DNA of 64,000 nucleotides from Arenicellales bacterium (GTDB lineage: Bacteria; Pseudomonadota; Gammaproteobacteria; Arenicellales; CBDCFT01), in NCBI GenBank assembly GCA_965216735.1, contig OZ244198.1:629628-693627 (forward strand), read 5' to 3'. Of the stretch, positions 50,737-59,885 are shown one piece after another. Numbering within the stretch: position 1 is the stretch's first letter; each line of letters starts with the position of its first letter. Position numbers and translations under genes: made by a program. Under the pieces are notes generated by a model. That model was not told where the DNA came from and did not search any database. It saw only the letters and a list, made by a program, of their open reading frames with translations.

Positions 50737-51191
50737 ATGGAAAAATTCCATGGAAAGAATTTACGAAAAGGGCGCGTATCACAGATTGGGCAAATGTACG
50801 TTGTGACCTCGGTTACCAACGGACGCAAACGAATATTTGAGAATTTTTTTGTAGCAAGAATTTTGATCGATGAGTTGCGAAGATGTGAAACAGCCGGCCT
50901 TGTGAATCGTGGGCTTGGGTTGTTATGCCGGACCATTTTCATTGGTTGTTCGAATTGAAACTTGGAACACTAGGTAAGTTAATGCAGCGAGCTAAATCAA
51001 GATCCGCAAGATTGGTCAACGGTTATACGGGCAGAGATCAATCGGTGTGGCAAAAGGGCTATTACGATCACGCGGTGAGACGTGATGAAGATATCGAGTT
51101 GGTTGCGAGATATATCGTAGCGAATCCGTTAAGAGCGGGGTTGGTTAAAGATATAGGCAGTTATCCGTTGTGGGATGCACGATGGTTGTAG
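50737..51191 (+). pseudogene. REP-associated tyrosine transposase (RAYT; IS200/IS605 TnpA-like Y1 transposase), frameshifted
   Basis: Frame 1 reads ...YVVTSVTNGRKRIFENFFVARILIDELRRCETAGLVN. Frame 2 reads SWAWVVMPDHFHWLFEL (HUH motif) ... WQKGYYDHAVRRDEDIELVARYIVANPLRAGL (catalytic Tyr region). The frames join if one nucleotide is restored near 50906/50907. Confidence 0.8.
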
Positions 51192-51227
51192 ATTCTCGAA
51201 CAAAATATTCGCGGTTAGGGTATTGCT

Positions 51228-51289
51228 TTCGCCAGCAAGCTGGTTCCTACAAATTAGACATTGTTGGTAGGAGCGACTTCAGTCGCGAA
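51228..51289. repeat. REP family A doublet (reverse then forward) right of the RAYT gene
   Basis: TTCGCCAGCAAGCTGGTTCCTAC at 51228-51250 and GTAGGAGCGACTTCAGTCGCGAA at 51267-51289. Confidence 0.85.
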
Positions 51290-51332
51290 TAAATTGCTCG
51301 CGAAAAACAATTGAAGATAAAGGTGAAGCAAA

Positions 51333-51614
51333 ATGTTACTCATTAAATGCCCCTGGTGTGGCGAACGAGCGCAAACCGAATTCACCTACGGTGGCGATGC
51401 CACGGTGATACGCCCGGATCCGGAAACATGTTCGCAGGAAGAATGGCTGGATCATATTTACCTGCGCGACAACCCGCGTGGCCCGCATTCGGAATGGTGG
51501 CATCACAATGCGGGTTGCCGCCGCTGGATCAAAGTAAAACGGAATACCTGGACTCATGAAGTACTCGATTCGGGGCCAGCGGACGCGGATTTGGGAGAAG
51601 ACATCCATGAGTAG
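51333..51614 (+). CDS. soxD: Sarcosine oxidase delta subunit
   Basis: 93 aa with MLLIKCPWCGERAQTEFTYGGDA and WWHHNAGCRRW, typical of SoxD. Confidence 0.9.
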   Translation: MLLIKCPWCGERAQTEFTYGGDATVIRPDPETCSQEEWLDHIYLRDNPRGPHSEWWHHNAGCRRWIKVKRNTWTHEVLDSGPADADLGEDIHE

Positions 51615-54588
51615 TCAACCCTGTCGTCACGCCAGCGGGGGCAACATCAATCGTAGTCAGCCCGTGCGTTTCCGTTTCGACGGTAAGAGTTACGAAGGCT
51701 ACGCCGGCGATACCCTGGCTTCGGCATTGCTCGCTAATGGCGTGCGGGTGGTCGGTCGCAGTTTTAAATATCACCGCCCACGTGGCGTTTTCAGTTTTGG
51801 TGTGGAAGAACCTAACGCTTTGGTCGAATTGCGCAGCGGCAATCGCCAGGAACCCAATATTCGTGCGACCCAGATCGAATTGTTCAACGGCCTGGTGGCG
51901 CATTCGCAAAACGCATGGCCGTCGGTGGACAAAGACGTGGGCGAGGTTAACAACCTGATGTCGAAAGTTTTACCAGCCGGTTTTTACTACAAGACATTTA
52001 TGTGGCCAGCGTCTTATTGGCCCAGGTATGAAGAATTCATTCGCAAGGCCGCCGGGCTGGGCCGTGCGGCGACCGAAGCCGATCCCGACACTTATGCAAA
52101 ACGTTTTGCATTTTGCGATGTGCTGGTAGTGGGTGGCGGTCCGGCCGGTTTGATGGCAACGAGCGCCGCGGCGGCCCGGGGCGCGCGTGTCATGGTGGTC
52201 GATGAAAACCACACCTGGGGTGGGGCGCTGCGTTGTAGCGATGAGCAGGTAGACGGCAGACCTGCATCCGAGTGGGTAGCGCAAACCGTGCAGGCATTAA
52301 AATCGAATGCGAATGTCAAGGTTCTTAACCGCGCAACCGCCTTCGGTTACTACGATCAGAATCTGATTACCGTGGCCGAACGCATTGCGGATCATCAAAG
52401 TCAACCAGACGCTTATCAACCCCGGCAACGTATTTGGTGGGTGCGCGCCAAACGCGTAGTACTCGCCACCGGTGCAATCGAACGGCCTATTGTTTTTCCG
52501 GGTAACGATGTGCCGGGTGTTATGCTCGCGTCGGCGGTGCGTGGTTATGCCTGTCAACATGCCGTGCGTTGCGGCGAACGCGCAGTGATTTTTACCAACA
52601 ACGATTCCGGCTATGAAACCGTCACCGCTTTGAAACAGGTGGGCACCGAGGTAGCGGCCATCGTGGATTCACGTGCAAGTGCAAGCGCGCTGCAGAATTT
52701 AGACCTAAGCGGAATCGAAGTACTACGCGGCCATGTCATCGCATCCATACGCGGGAAAAAATCGGTCAGTGCGGTGAGCGTACAACCATTCGATGGCAAG
52801 GAATTGCGTGGCAGCGCGCGCCGTATCGAATGCGATCTGCTGTGCGTGTCCGGTGGCTGGAGTCCGACCGTGCATTTGTTTTCCCAATCCCAAGGCAAGC
52901 TGCGTTACGACGATCAACTGGCGGCATTTGTTCCCGATGATTCCCGGCAGGCAGAACGAACCGCCGGATCCGCGCGCGGCGTGTTTTCGCTTGCCGAGTG
53001 TTTGCGGGATGGTTACGAAGCCGGTGTTGCAAGCGCAGCACAAACCGGTTTTGAAAGCGGTGATGAACTACCGATTCCCGCCGCCAACGACAACCCGTAT
53101 CACATCCAAGCATTGTGGCAAGTTCCCGGTTCCGGAAAACGTTTTGTCGATATCCAGAACGACGTCACCGCTAAAGATGTGGAACTGGCGGCGCGCGAAG
53201 GCTACACCTCGGTCGAGCATCTCAAGCGCTACACCACGTTGGGTATGGGCACCGATCAGGGCCGCACCAGTAACGTAAACGGTTTGGCGATTATGGCGGA
53301 CGCCACGGCACGTTCGATTCCCGAAGTTGGCACGACCACGTTTCGCCCACCGTATTCACCGGTCACCATGGGCGCGATTGCCGGCGATGAGATCGGCGAA
53401 CATTTTATGCCGTTGCGGCGCACGCCCATGCACGATTGGCACATTCGAAATGGTGCGCAAATGGTCAACGTTGGACTATGGCAACGGGCTCAGTTTTATC
53501 CGCTGCCTGGCGAGAGCATGTGGGACACGATATGGCGTGAAGCGAGACATGTACGTGAAAAAGTCGGTGTGGTCGATGTGACGACGCTCGGGAAAATCGA
53601 AATTCAAGGAAAGGACGCAGCCGAATTCTTGGAACGTGTCTACATTAACAAATGGAAAAGTCTAAAAATCGGACGTGCGCGTTACGGTTTGATGTTACGT
53701 GAAGACGGGTTTGTAATGGATGACGGCACCACGACACGGGTGGCGGAAAACGAATATTACATGACCACTACTACCGCTAATGCCGGCCCGGTTATGGCGC
53801 ATCTCGAATTCTATGCGCAAACCGTCTGGCCCGAGTTGGATGTGCATCTGACTTCAATCACCGATCAATGGGCGGGTATGGCGCTGGCTGGCCCGCATGC
53901 ACGTGACGTACTGGCAGCAGCGGTCGACGGCGCCGATGTTAGCAATGACACCTTGCCATTTATGGGATTTATGCAGACAACCATTTCCGGTATGCCGGTA
54001 CGTGTTTTTCGTATCACTTTTTCCGGCGAATTGGCTTATGAAATTCACATGCCGTCGGACTATGGCGAAGCGGTATGGCAAACGGTGATCGATGCCGGAC
54101 AGGCATTCGACATCGCGCCGTACGGCACGGAGGCATTGAGCATACTGCGTATCGAAAAAGGTCATGTGGTGGCGGCTGAACTGGATGGCCGTACCATCCC
54201 TGCGGATTTCGGTTTCGCCGGTATGCAGAAAAAAGATGCCGACTTTATCGGTAAACGTTCGCTTGAACGAGAAGCTTTGCAACCGGAGCGGCGTAAGTCC
54301 TTGGTGGGTTTAATTTCCGAATCCGGCGAACAAATTCCCAGAGGATCGCAGGTTGTGGAAAATCCGAACGCATCGACACCGATAAAAATGCTGGGGCACG
54401 TCAGTTCACAATGCTACAGCCCGAATATTGAAAAATACATTGCGCTGGCGTTGATAGAAAACGCGGATCAATACCGCGATCAGGGCAAGGTTTTGTATGC
54501 GGCATCCCCGTTGGTGGGTAAGAATGTACCCGTCAAAGTGGTGCATCATGTTTTTATCGATCCTGAAGGAGAACGTTGCCGTGGTTAG
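51607..54588 (+). CDS. soxA: Sarcosine oxidase alpha subunit
   Basis: 993 aa from ATG 51607, which overlaps the soxD stop. It has FRFDGKSYEGYAGDTLASALLANGV, VLVVGGGPAGL and a C-terminal aminomethyltransferase-like folate domain. Confidence 0.9.
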   Translation: MSSQPCRHASGGNINRSQPVRFRFDGKSYEGYAGDTLASALLANGVRVVGRSFKYHRPRGVFSFGVEEPNALVELRSGNRQEPNIRATQIELFNGLVAHSQNAWPSVDKDVGEVNNLMSKVLPAGFYYKTFMWPASYWPRYEEFIRKAAGLGRAATEADPDTYAKRFAFCDVLVVGGGPAGLMATSAAAARGARVMVVDENHTWGGALRCSDEQVDGRPASEWVAQTVQALKSNANVKVLNRATAFGYYDQNLITVAERIADHQSQPDAYQPRQRIWWVRAKRVVLATGAIERPIVFPGNDVPGVMLASAVRGYACQHAVRCGERAVIFTNNDSGYETVTALKQVGTEVAAIVDSRASASALQNLDLSGIEVLRGHVIASIRGKKSVSAVSVQPFDGKELRGSARRIECDLLCVSGGWSPTVHLFSQSQGKLRYDDQLAAFVPDDSRQAERTAGSARGVFSLAECLRDGYEAGVASAAQTGFESGDELPIPAANDNPYHIQALWQVPGSGKRFVDIQNDVTAKDVELAAREGYTSVEHLKRYTTLGMGTDQGRTSNVNGLAIMADATARSIPEVGTTTFRPPYSPVTMGAIAGDEIGEHFMPLRRTPMHDWHIRNGAQMVNVGLWQRAQFYPLPGESMWDTIWREARHVREKVGVVDVTTLGKIEIQGKDAAEFLERVYINKWKSLKIGRARYGLMLREDGFVMDDGTTTRVAENEYYMTTTTANAGPVMAHLEFYAQTVWPELDVHLTSITDQWAGMALAGPHARDVLAAAVDGADVSNDTLPFMGFMQTTISGMPVRVFRITFSGELAYEIHMPSDYGEAVWQTVIDAGQAFDIAPYGTEALSILRIEKGHVVAAELDGRTIPADFGFAGMQKKDADFIGKRSLEREALQPERRKSLVGLISESGEQIPRGSQVVENPNASTPIKMLGHVSSQCYSPNIEKYIALALIENADQYRDQGKVLYAASPLVGKNVPVKVVHHVFIDPEGERCRG

Positions 54589-55180
54589 TACAGTTCAACA
54601 ATCGGCTCTCACGGGACGCTACGTGGAGAATGAGTTCGCCGGCGATGGTCGTAGTGGCGCGGGTGTTATTTTTCAGGAACGCCGGCCAAGTGCCATCCTG
54701 CAAATAAACGGCGCACCGAATGATGCGCAACTCGGTGCGAAACTGGGAGCTTACGGTTTGGAACCCAAGCTAACGGCTAACCAATCCGCTCAGGGAAAAG
54801 GTTTGCGGCTGATGTGGAACGGGCCGGGTATGTGGCTAGTGGAATCAGCCACCATGTCGCCTGCCGATCTCATCAACGGCCTACGTAGTGCGTTAGGTGA
54901 TACTAATGCAACCGTTACGGATCTCAGTCATGCGCGAACGGTTGTGCGGTTGACCGGTCCTGCAGCAGCAGAACTGTTATGCAAAGGTTGCCCTATTGAC
55001 ATCGAATCGATGAAAACTAATGACTGCGCCTCCACCGTGCTTGGCCATCTCACCGCATTCATCAACACCATCGACGACGGTTTTGATGTCTATGTCTACC
55101 GCAGCTTCGGCCTCGCGCTGTGGGAATGGCTCACCCACGAAGCCCAGGAATTCGGTTACCAAGTCGCTTCCATAACCTAA
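54581..55180 (+). CDS. soxG: Sarcosine oxidase gamma subunit
   Basis: About 199 aa from GTG 54581, overlapping the soxA stop. Position and size fit SoxG. The ORF track starts at 54497, inside soxA. Confidence 0.75.
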   Translation: MVSTVQQSALTGRYVENEFAGDGRSGAGVIFQERRPSAILQINGAPNDAQLGAKLGAYGLEPKLTANQSAQGKGLRLMWNGPGMWLVESATMSPADLINGLRSALGDTNATVTDLSHARTVVRLTGPAAAELLCKGCPIDIESMKTNDCASTVLGHLTAFINTIDDGFDVYVYRSFGLALWEWLTHEAQEFGYQVASIT

Positions 55181-55184
55181 ATTT

Positions 55185-55537
55185 TTGTCATTGCGAGCCG
55201 TAACGCGGCGCGGCGATCTCATTTTTATTCTCGCGTAGGAGCGAGCTTGCTCGCGAACTCGTCTATTACTGTGGGAGATATGCCTATGCGACGACAGATC
55301 TAAAAATTTGTCATTACGAACGCAGTGACGCAATCTCGTTTCTCTGTAGGGGCACCCTTGGTCGCGAACAAGATTTTCTGTGGGAGGCGCGCCTCGCGGC
55401 GACAAATCTAAAAATTGTCATTGCGAACGCAGTGAAGCAATCTCGCCTTTAAATCGAGTGTAACAATCCATTTTTTCTGTAGAAGCGACCTTGGTCGCGA
55501 AAGGGAGTCTTGCAGGAGCGACTGAAAGCCTCGCGAA
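55185..55537. repeat. Mosaic array of alternating REP family B and family A copies
   Basis: B copies lie at 55185-55220, 55308-55338 and 55414-55444. A or A-like copies lie at 55235-55257, 55271-55295, 55346-55368, 55380-55403, 55479-55501 and 55512-55537. Confidence 0.8.
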
Positions 55538-55588
55538 TAAACAACTTTAAAAGTCACCCATTTAGGTGAAGAAACGCATCCATTCAAT

Positions 55589-56017
55589 GTGTTATCAACT
55601 AAATCAATGCCACCTATAAAACTGACATTCGTATTCGTTCTTTTGTGGACGTTGACTAGCAAAGCGCAGGCAAATTGTGACGACGATAACACTCAAATAG
55701 TCACGAAGTTTATCGATCACATGGCGGTCACGTCTGGTATTAAAGATCGAGAACCCGTCGATAGCCTTTGTGAAACCGCTAAAAATTCAATCTACTTCTT
55801 CACTGATCTTCGACAGCTCAATGGAAAAACCGTCCGTCACCAATGGATACACGAAGACTACGTCGAATCAGAGAAAGCATTCGAAGTGGGCGGTGATCGT
55901 TGGCGTGTCTGGTCCAGAAAATCACTCGACAAAACTAGCGAAGGAGTTTGGATACTCGCTGTTCTAGATGAAAACGACGAGTTACTTGCAGTAAAGAGAT
56001 TTAAATACTCGCCGTAA
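55589..56017 (+). CDS. Secreted DUF2914-like protein
   Basis: A signal-like N-terminus is followed by VTSGIKDREPVDSL...IYFFTDLRQLNGKTVRHQWIHED...GGDRWRVWSRKSL...GVWILAVLDEN, which fits the DUF2914 pattern as I recall it. The start may be the internal ATG at 55607. Confidence 0.55.
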   Translation: MLSTKSMPPIKLTFVFVLLWTLTSKAQANCDDDNTQIVTKFIDHMAVTSGIKDREPVDSLCETAKNSIYFFTDLRQLNGKTVRHQWIHEDYVESEKAFEVGGDRWRVWSRKSLDKTSEGVWILAVLDENDELLAVKRFKYSP

Positions 56018-56206
56018 TACAGTCGCCAGGATTGAAGCCTAAACTGTGATAGACGGCTCCACCAAACGGCTTTGGCCTACAGCGCTTCCAGATAAGCTTG
56101 CCCAGCGTCAGTTAATTGTGGCTACGAGCGTTCGCCCAAGAGCATTACCGCGTTCGTCACCCTCACCAATTATCTGCGCAAACTTCTCGGGATGTTCGTC
56201 TATTGA

Positions 56207-57169
56207 CTAAAACACACTCAGCGTGTCGTATTCATACCACTGCATGGGGTCAAGCACATCGTTGGGCGTCAGCGCCTGTCCGAGTAGCGAATACATCTGA
56301 TTGTTAATGCGGTGTCCCGCGGGACCTGCATTCGCACCCGGCGTGTAGGTGCGCCCGTTGTTAGCCATCCACGCCTCCCAAATACGATCGACATTGCAAT
56401 GATTGAGAAAAAACGCCGGATCATTGGGTGACGTTCCCGGACCCATATCACCGCCTATCCATATGTGTACTAAATTATGATTCTGGTTTTCGAAAAATCC
56501 CTCCAGCTTGTTGCGAAATGTCGCGGCATTGGCATTCCATGGAAAGGCGTCATAAACAGGATCCTGCATTGCATCGAACACATTGTCCTGACTCGGCAGT
56601 TCCGGAAAATTGAAACTTAGACCGGCCTCGCGTTCAATCGGCCGCGGATCGGTGGATTGCAATACTCGTCGTTGCACCTCCACCAAACGGACACGCATAT
56701 CACTCAACGGCCCACTGAGTACCCGGTTGCGCGGTTCACCAATATACGTATCGGTCCATAACACCGTCTGCCATTGTTGGCTGCGCGGCAACTCGCCGTC
56801 TTGTGCCCAATCCCAATAGGGCAAAGCAAATTCGTCGTCGTTGGTTACTTGCTGAATAACTTCTTCCAGCCGAATTAAATACAAACGATGCCAAGGCAAG
56901 AATATGGGTCCACTATGCGCGGCATTTCCGACCGGCAACGGAATATTCATGGCGAGGAAATGCCACAGTACGAACAGGTCGTACCAGGAGAGGGTTTGCT
57001 GGCGACCGAACATGGAAACGCCAGGAAAAGTCGCTTGATTGGCCTGGATAAAGTTAAATACATCTTGCGCCGTAATACCGGAATCGGTTTGATCCAGCGC
57101 TACGACACCGTTCAAAAATTTATCGCGTGCAATAGCGCTTGCAAGAATATTTTCTCGAAATACGGTCAT
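56207..57169 (-). CDS. Tyrosinase / type-3 copper polyphenol oxidase, no signal peptide
   Basis: CuA region LWHFLA...AHSGPIFLPWHRLYL and CuB region HNLVHIWIGG...PAFFLNHCNVDRIW. Confidence 0.85.
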   Translation of the reverse strand: MTVFRENILASAIARDKFLNGVVALDQTDSGITAQDVFNFIQANQATFPGVSMFGRQQTLSWYDLFVLWHFLAMNIPLPVGNAAHSGPIFLPWHRLYLIRLEEVIQQVTNDDEFALPYWDWAQDGELPRSQQWQTVLWTDTYIGEPRNRVLSGPLSDMRVRLVEVQRRVLQSTDPRPIEREAGLSFNFPELPSQDNVFDAMQDPVYDAFPWNANAATFRNKLEGFFENQNHNLVHIWIGGDMGPGTSPNDPAFFLNHCNVDRIWEAWMANNGRTYTPGANAGPAGHRINNQMYSLLGQALTPNDVLDPMQWYEYDTLSVF

Positions 57170-57183
57170 GCTCCACCTCCTTG

Positions 57184-57621
57184 TTACTTGCGGGATGCTT
57201 TCTTTGAACGCCGTTTCTTGGCGGCCTTTCTTTTCTTGACACGTTTCTTTGCGGGTTTTTTCTTGGCTTTCTTATAACCTCCTAGCTCATCTACCTGATC
57301 CCTGATCTTGTAAGATCGGTCAATCAGCGTCTTAGCCAGATCAATGGCGGAATAAAACGCATAGTTGGGCAAAGTGTGGCAGTGCACCGTGCCGTTATTC
57401 AGCACCTCGACATGGGCGCCCAATGGTTTGCCATCGATCTTGACCTTGTAAGTCGTTTCGATCTCGATAGGTTTATCCCGATAGACCATACTGCGTATGG
57501 TCTTGGAGGATGTGTGGTGTGGGGTTTTATGTTTTGAATGAAATTGCTTGGCCTGCGGATTCTTGCCTTCCTTGACCCAGTTTGCGTATTTCTCCAAGCC
57601 GGTGGTGGCGGTCTCCATCAT
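57184..57621 (-). CDS. Small protein with His-rich segment and lysine-rich C-terminal tail, co-transcribed with the tyrosinase gene
   Basis: 145 aa with an AAGGAGG RBS 6 nt upstream. It contains FHSKHKTPHHTSS and VHCH, and the tail is YKKAKKKPAKKRVKKRKAAKKRRSKKASRK. It ends 14 nt before the tyrosinase start. Confidence 0.6.
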   Translation of the reverse strand: MMETATTGLEKYANWVKEGKNPQAKQFHSKHKTPHHTSSKTIRSMVYRDKPIEIETTYKVKIDGKPLGAHVEVLNNGTVHCHTLPNYAFYSAIDLAKTLIDRSYKIRDQVDELGGYKKAKKKPAKKRVKKRKAAKKRRSKKASRK

Positions 57622-57730
57622 TCTTACCTCCTTTGATCGATCATCAATTGCCGAGCACGACGATCGACGATCCGTTCGAAAAATTCGTTTTTTAGGCGGG
57701 CTGAGTTTAGGAAATTATTATGATTTTTTC

Positions 57731-57746
57731 TGTGAGATATTTCACA
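57731..57746. promoter_or_regulatory. Perfect CRP/Vfr-type site TGTGA-N6-TCACA upstream of the tyrosinase operon
   Basis: TGTGAGATATTTCACA has both half-sites exact. It lies 110 nt upstream of the ATG at 57621. Confidence 0.5.
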
Positions 57747-58017
57747 AAATCGAATCGATTTTTGATTTGTGAGGGATATCGAAATCGGAGGTTTCCATCT
57801 CAATGTGTCCTATCCGGTACCCCTGCCATCTAATCGAGGGCGAGTCGACGCAGTTCAGTACATGCGAATAGCAGGCCGGTCTATGAAAAACAGCACTGGC
57901 TTTCTAAACAGTCTCGTCTGGGAGCCCGCGCACGAAGTGGCTGAACATGTTGTCGCCACTTACCCGAGTGAGAACTAAGTTGGAGCAACTGCGGCTACCT
58001 CGCGAGTTCAGACTCGG

Positions 58018-58373
58018 GTAGGAGCGACTTTAGTCGCGAACAATCCCGTTTTTTGGTTTTCTGTCATCGCTAGCCCATTCGGTTTCGCTCAGGGCAGGCT
58101 CCGCGTGGCCATCTCGCAAAAATTCCTCCCTTGTCATTGTGAACGAAGTGAAGCAATCTCGCTTTTCAGTACTGGTTAAAGGGTCATTATATTGTGGAAG
58201 GTTCGCCCTCTCGGCAATTTTCGCGATTCATAAATAAACTATTTTGTAGGAGCGAGCTTGCTCGCGAATGGTGAGACTAGGGAATTCTCAATCTCTGGTC
58301 GCTGCGAGGGCCCGGCCCCCACAAGTAAAATTATTATTACGGTAATTTTGGTAGAAGTAGCGCCCCGCCACGA
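58018..58373. repeat. Second mosaic REP array (families A and B)
   Basis: A copies lie at 58018-58040 and 58246-58268. A-like copies lie at 58298-58322 (reverse) and 58351-58373. A B copy lies at 58131-58161, with a diverged B-like stretch at 58061-58117. Confidence 0.75.
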
Positions 58374-58749
58374 TTCCGATCTTTCGTTCGTATTCTGTTC
58401 TTAGTTTTTTGCAACAAACAGCGCAGAATACGGGTCTTATTAGATTACTCCAGACATTGAGTTGGTACTTGGCTATGCAAGTAAGTTCCGTTTATCACCA
58501 TTTTAAACAAGGGTTTCAATTTGCTTTTTGTTCCTTCAGGCTTAACTTATTTCAAAGATTCGAGTGGTACCGGATCGTCCTTGTAGAAACTTGATTGGTG
58601 TCGTTAAAAATTATTTACTACTCGCGTAGCCGACCAATATTTGAATTAGCGGCGTCGCTCTCGGGCTCAAGCTAGTAGGGGAATCTAGCATATGACTTTT
58701 TCGCATTAATCTTATGCCCTATTATTGAGAGTGAAGCAAACTTTCGGTG

Positions 58750-59676
58750 TTACCTTTTAGATGATTTGCGATCACGTCCCATTCTAATAGTATTGCCTAA
58801 AACGCCAAGTGTTCGGCTCCAATGTTCCGTGGCCACGAGCAACGAAATGCCGAAAATCGTAAGTAATGCGCCAATCAAAAACTCATATCCTATCTGTTCG
58901 TCAAGCAATACATTGGAAATGCAAATACCGAAAACTGGTGTAAGAAGATTGAACGGCAATATCGATACAACACCGTAAGCTTTTATCATTGAATACCATA
59001 AACCGTACGCTACAATTCCTGAAACAACGGATGTATAAAATAGTGCAAAGATAGTTGTTTGCGTAACATTCCTCACATCTATTTGATAATCAACTTCAAA
59101 AATTAGCGCAACTATCAAAAGTTGCAAGCCACCGATTAGTGACACGTATGTATTGATTGCCAGCGGTGATACGTCTTCGAAACTTCGAACACGGCTTTGC
59201 CCCAGCCCGAACATCGCTGCCGCAAAGATCGTTAAGCATGCAGAGGAAATGTTTATATATTCCGGCCAACCCAAAACAAGGACAACACCTAAAAAAGAAA
59301 TCACAAGCCCGAGTTGCTTGGTTTTATACACTCTTTCTCGATATAACCATACAGCAAACAAAAGGCCAAACACTACGTTAGTTTGAAATAGCAATATAAC
59401 GTAGTTCGCCTCGCCCAAATGAATTGCATATATCAAAAATCCAAAATTAAGACTTCCGAGGGTAAACGAAGCTTCAATGATCTTTCTAAAATCTGATTTT
59501 GGGAAACCAATAAATGGCAACAAAATTAGACCGGTCAGCAACAGCCTTGCGGAGATAAACAAGAGCGGGGGAGAATCGACGATACCGAGCTTTGAAATAG
59601 GAAAGTTACCTCCCCATATCAATGGGACTGAAATTAAAATCCAAACTTTACATCTCTCAAGCATAAGTGCCGCCAA
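58750..59676 (-). CDS. EamA/DMT-family transporter
   Basis: 308 aa with about 10 hydrophobic helices in two EamA-like halves. It is AT-rich and divergent from the halogenase gene. Confidence 0.75.
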   Translation of the reverse strand: MAALMLERCKVWILISVPLIWGGNFPISKLGIVDSPPLLFISARLLLTGLILLPFIGFPKSDFRKIIEASFTLGSLNFGFLIYAIHLGEANYVILLFQTNVVFGLLFAVWLYRERVYKTKQLGLVISFLGVVLVLGWPEYINISSACLTIFAAAMFGLGQSRVRSFEDVSPLAINTYVSLIGGLQLLIVALIFEVDYQIDVRNVTQTTIFALFYTSVVSGIVAYGLWYSMIKAYGVVSILPFNLLTPVFGICISNVLLDEQIGYEFLIGALLTIFGISLLVATEHWSRTLGVLGNTIRMGRDRKSSKR

Positions 59677-59885
59677 CGGTTAGGAAGATTAAGTTTCGCG
59701 TAAACGCGCGCAACATAGCAACCCTCAAATCGTTTCAGCGACGATCGACGAAGTCATCAGAGAAAAACCTTTCATAATTGCTTATCGGGCTTAGTGAAAC
59801 TATGAAATATTTCACTGAAAACAATTCTTGAGTGCGGCTATCGTTGTCTTAATAAAAATTGCTGTTGGTATCAAATTAGCTAAGA

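Noticed and set aside
51970-53043. Many 60-160-aa ORFs antisense or out of frame inside soxA, metH, the TRAP permeases, the GMC genes and others.
   Set aside because: These are shadow ORFs of GC-rich long genes. They are Arg/Pro/Gly/Cys-rich, have no motifs, and are entirely nested in well-supported coding regions.
55185-55537. The repeat-spacer-like periodicity downstream of soxG looked superficially like a CRISPR array.
   Set aside because: The repeats belong to two different families, are imperfect and individually palindromic, and occur in both orientations with irregular spacing. They also recur singly all over the window. No cas genes are present. These are REP/BIME-type elements.
54977-55692. 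Tracked minus-strand ORFs of 142 aa (54977-55405) and 94 aa (55408-55692).
   Set aside because: They are translations of the REP arrays and the soxG 3' end, giving strings such as VREQARSYA and HCVRNDK. They have no RBS or coding-like composition.
57769-58594. Small ORFs (69 aa at 57769-57978 and 61 aa at 58409-58594) between the tyrosinase operon and the EamA gene.
   Set aside because: They have no RBS, no recognisable motifs, and are interrupted or flanked by REP copies. I treat the region as non-coding.
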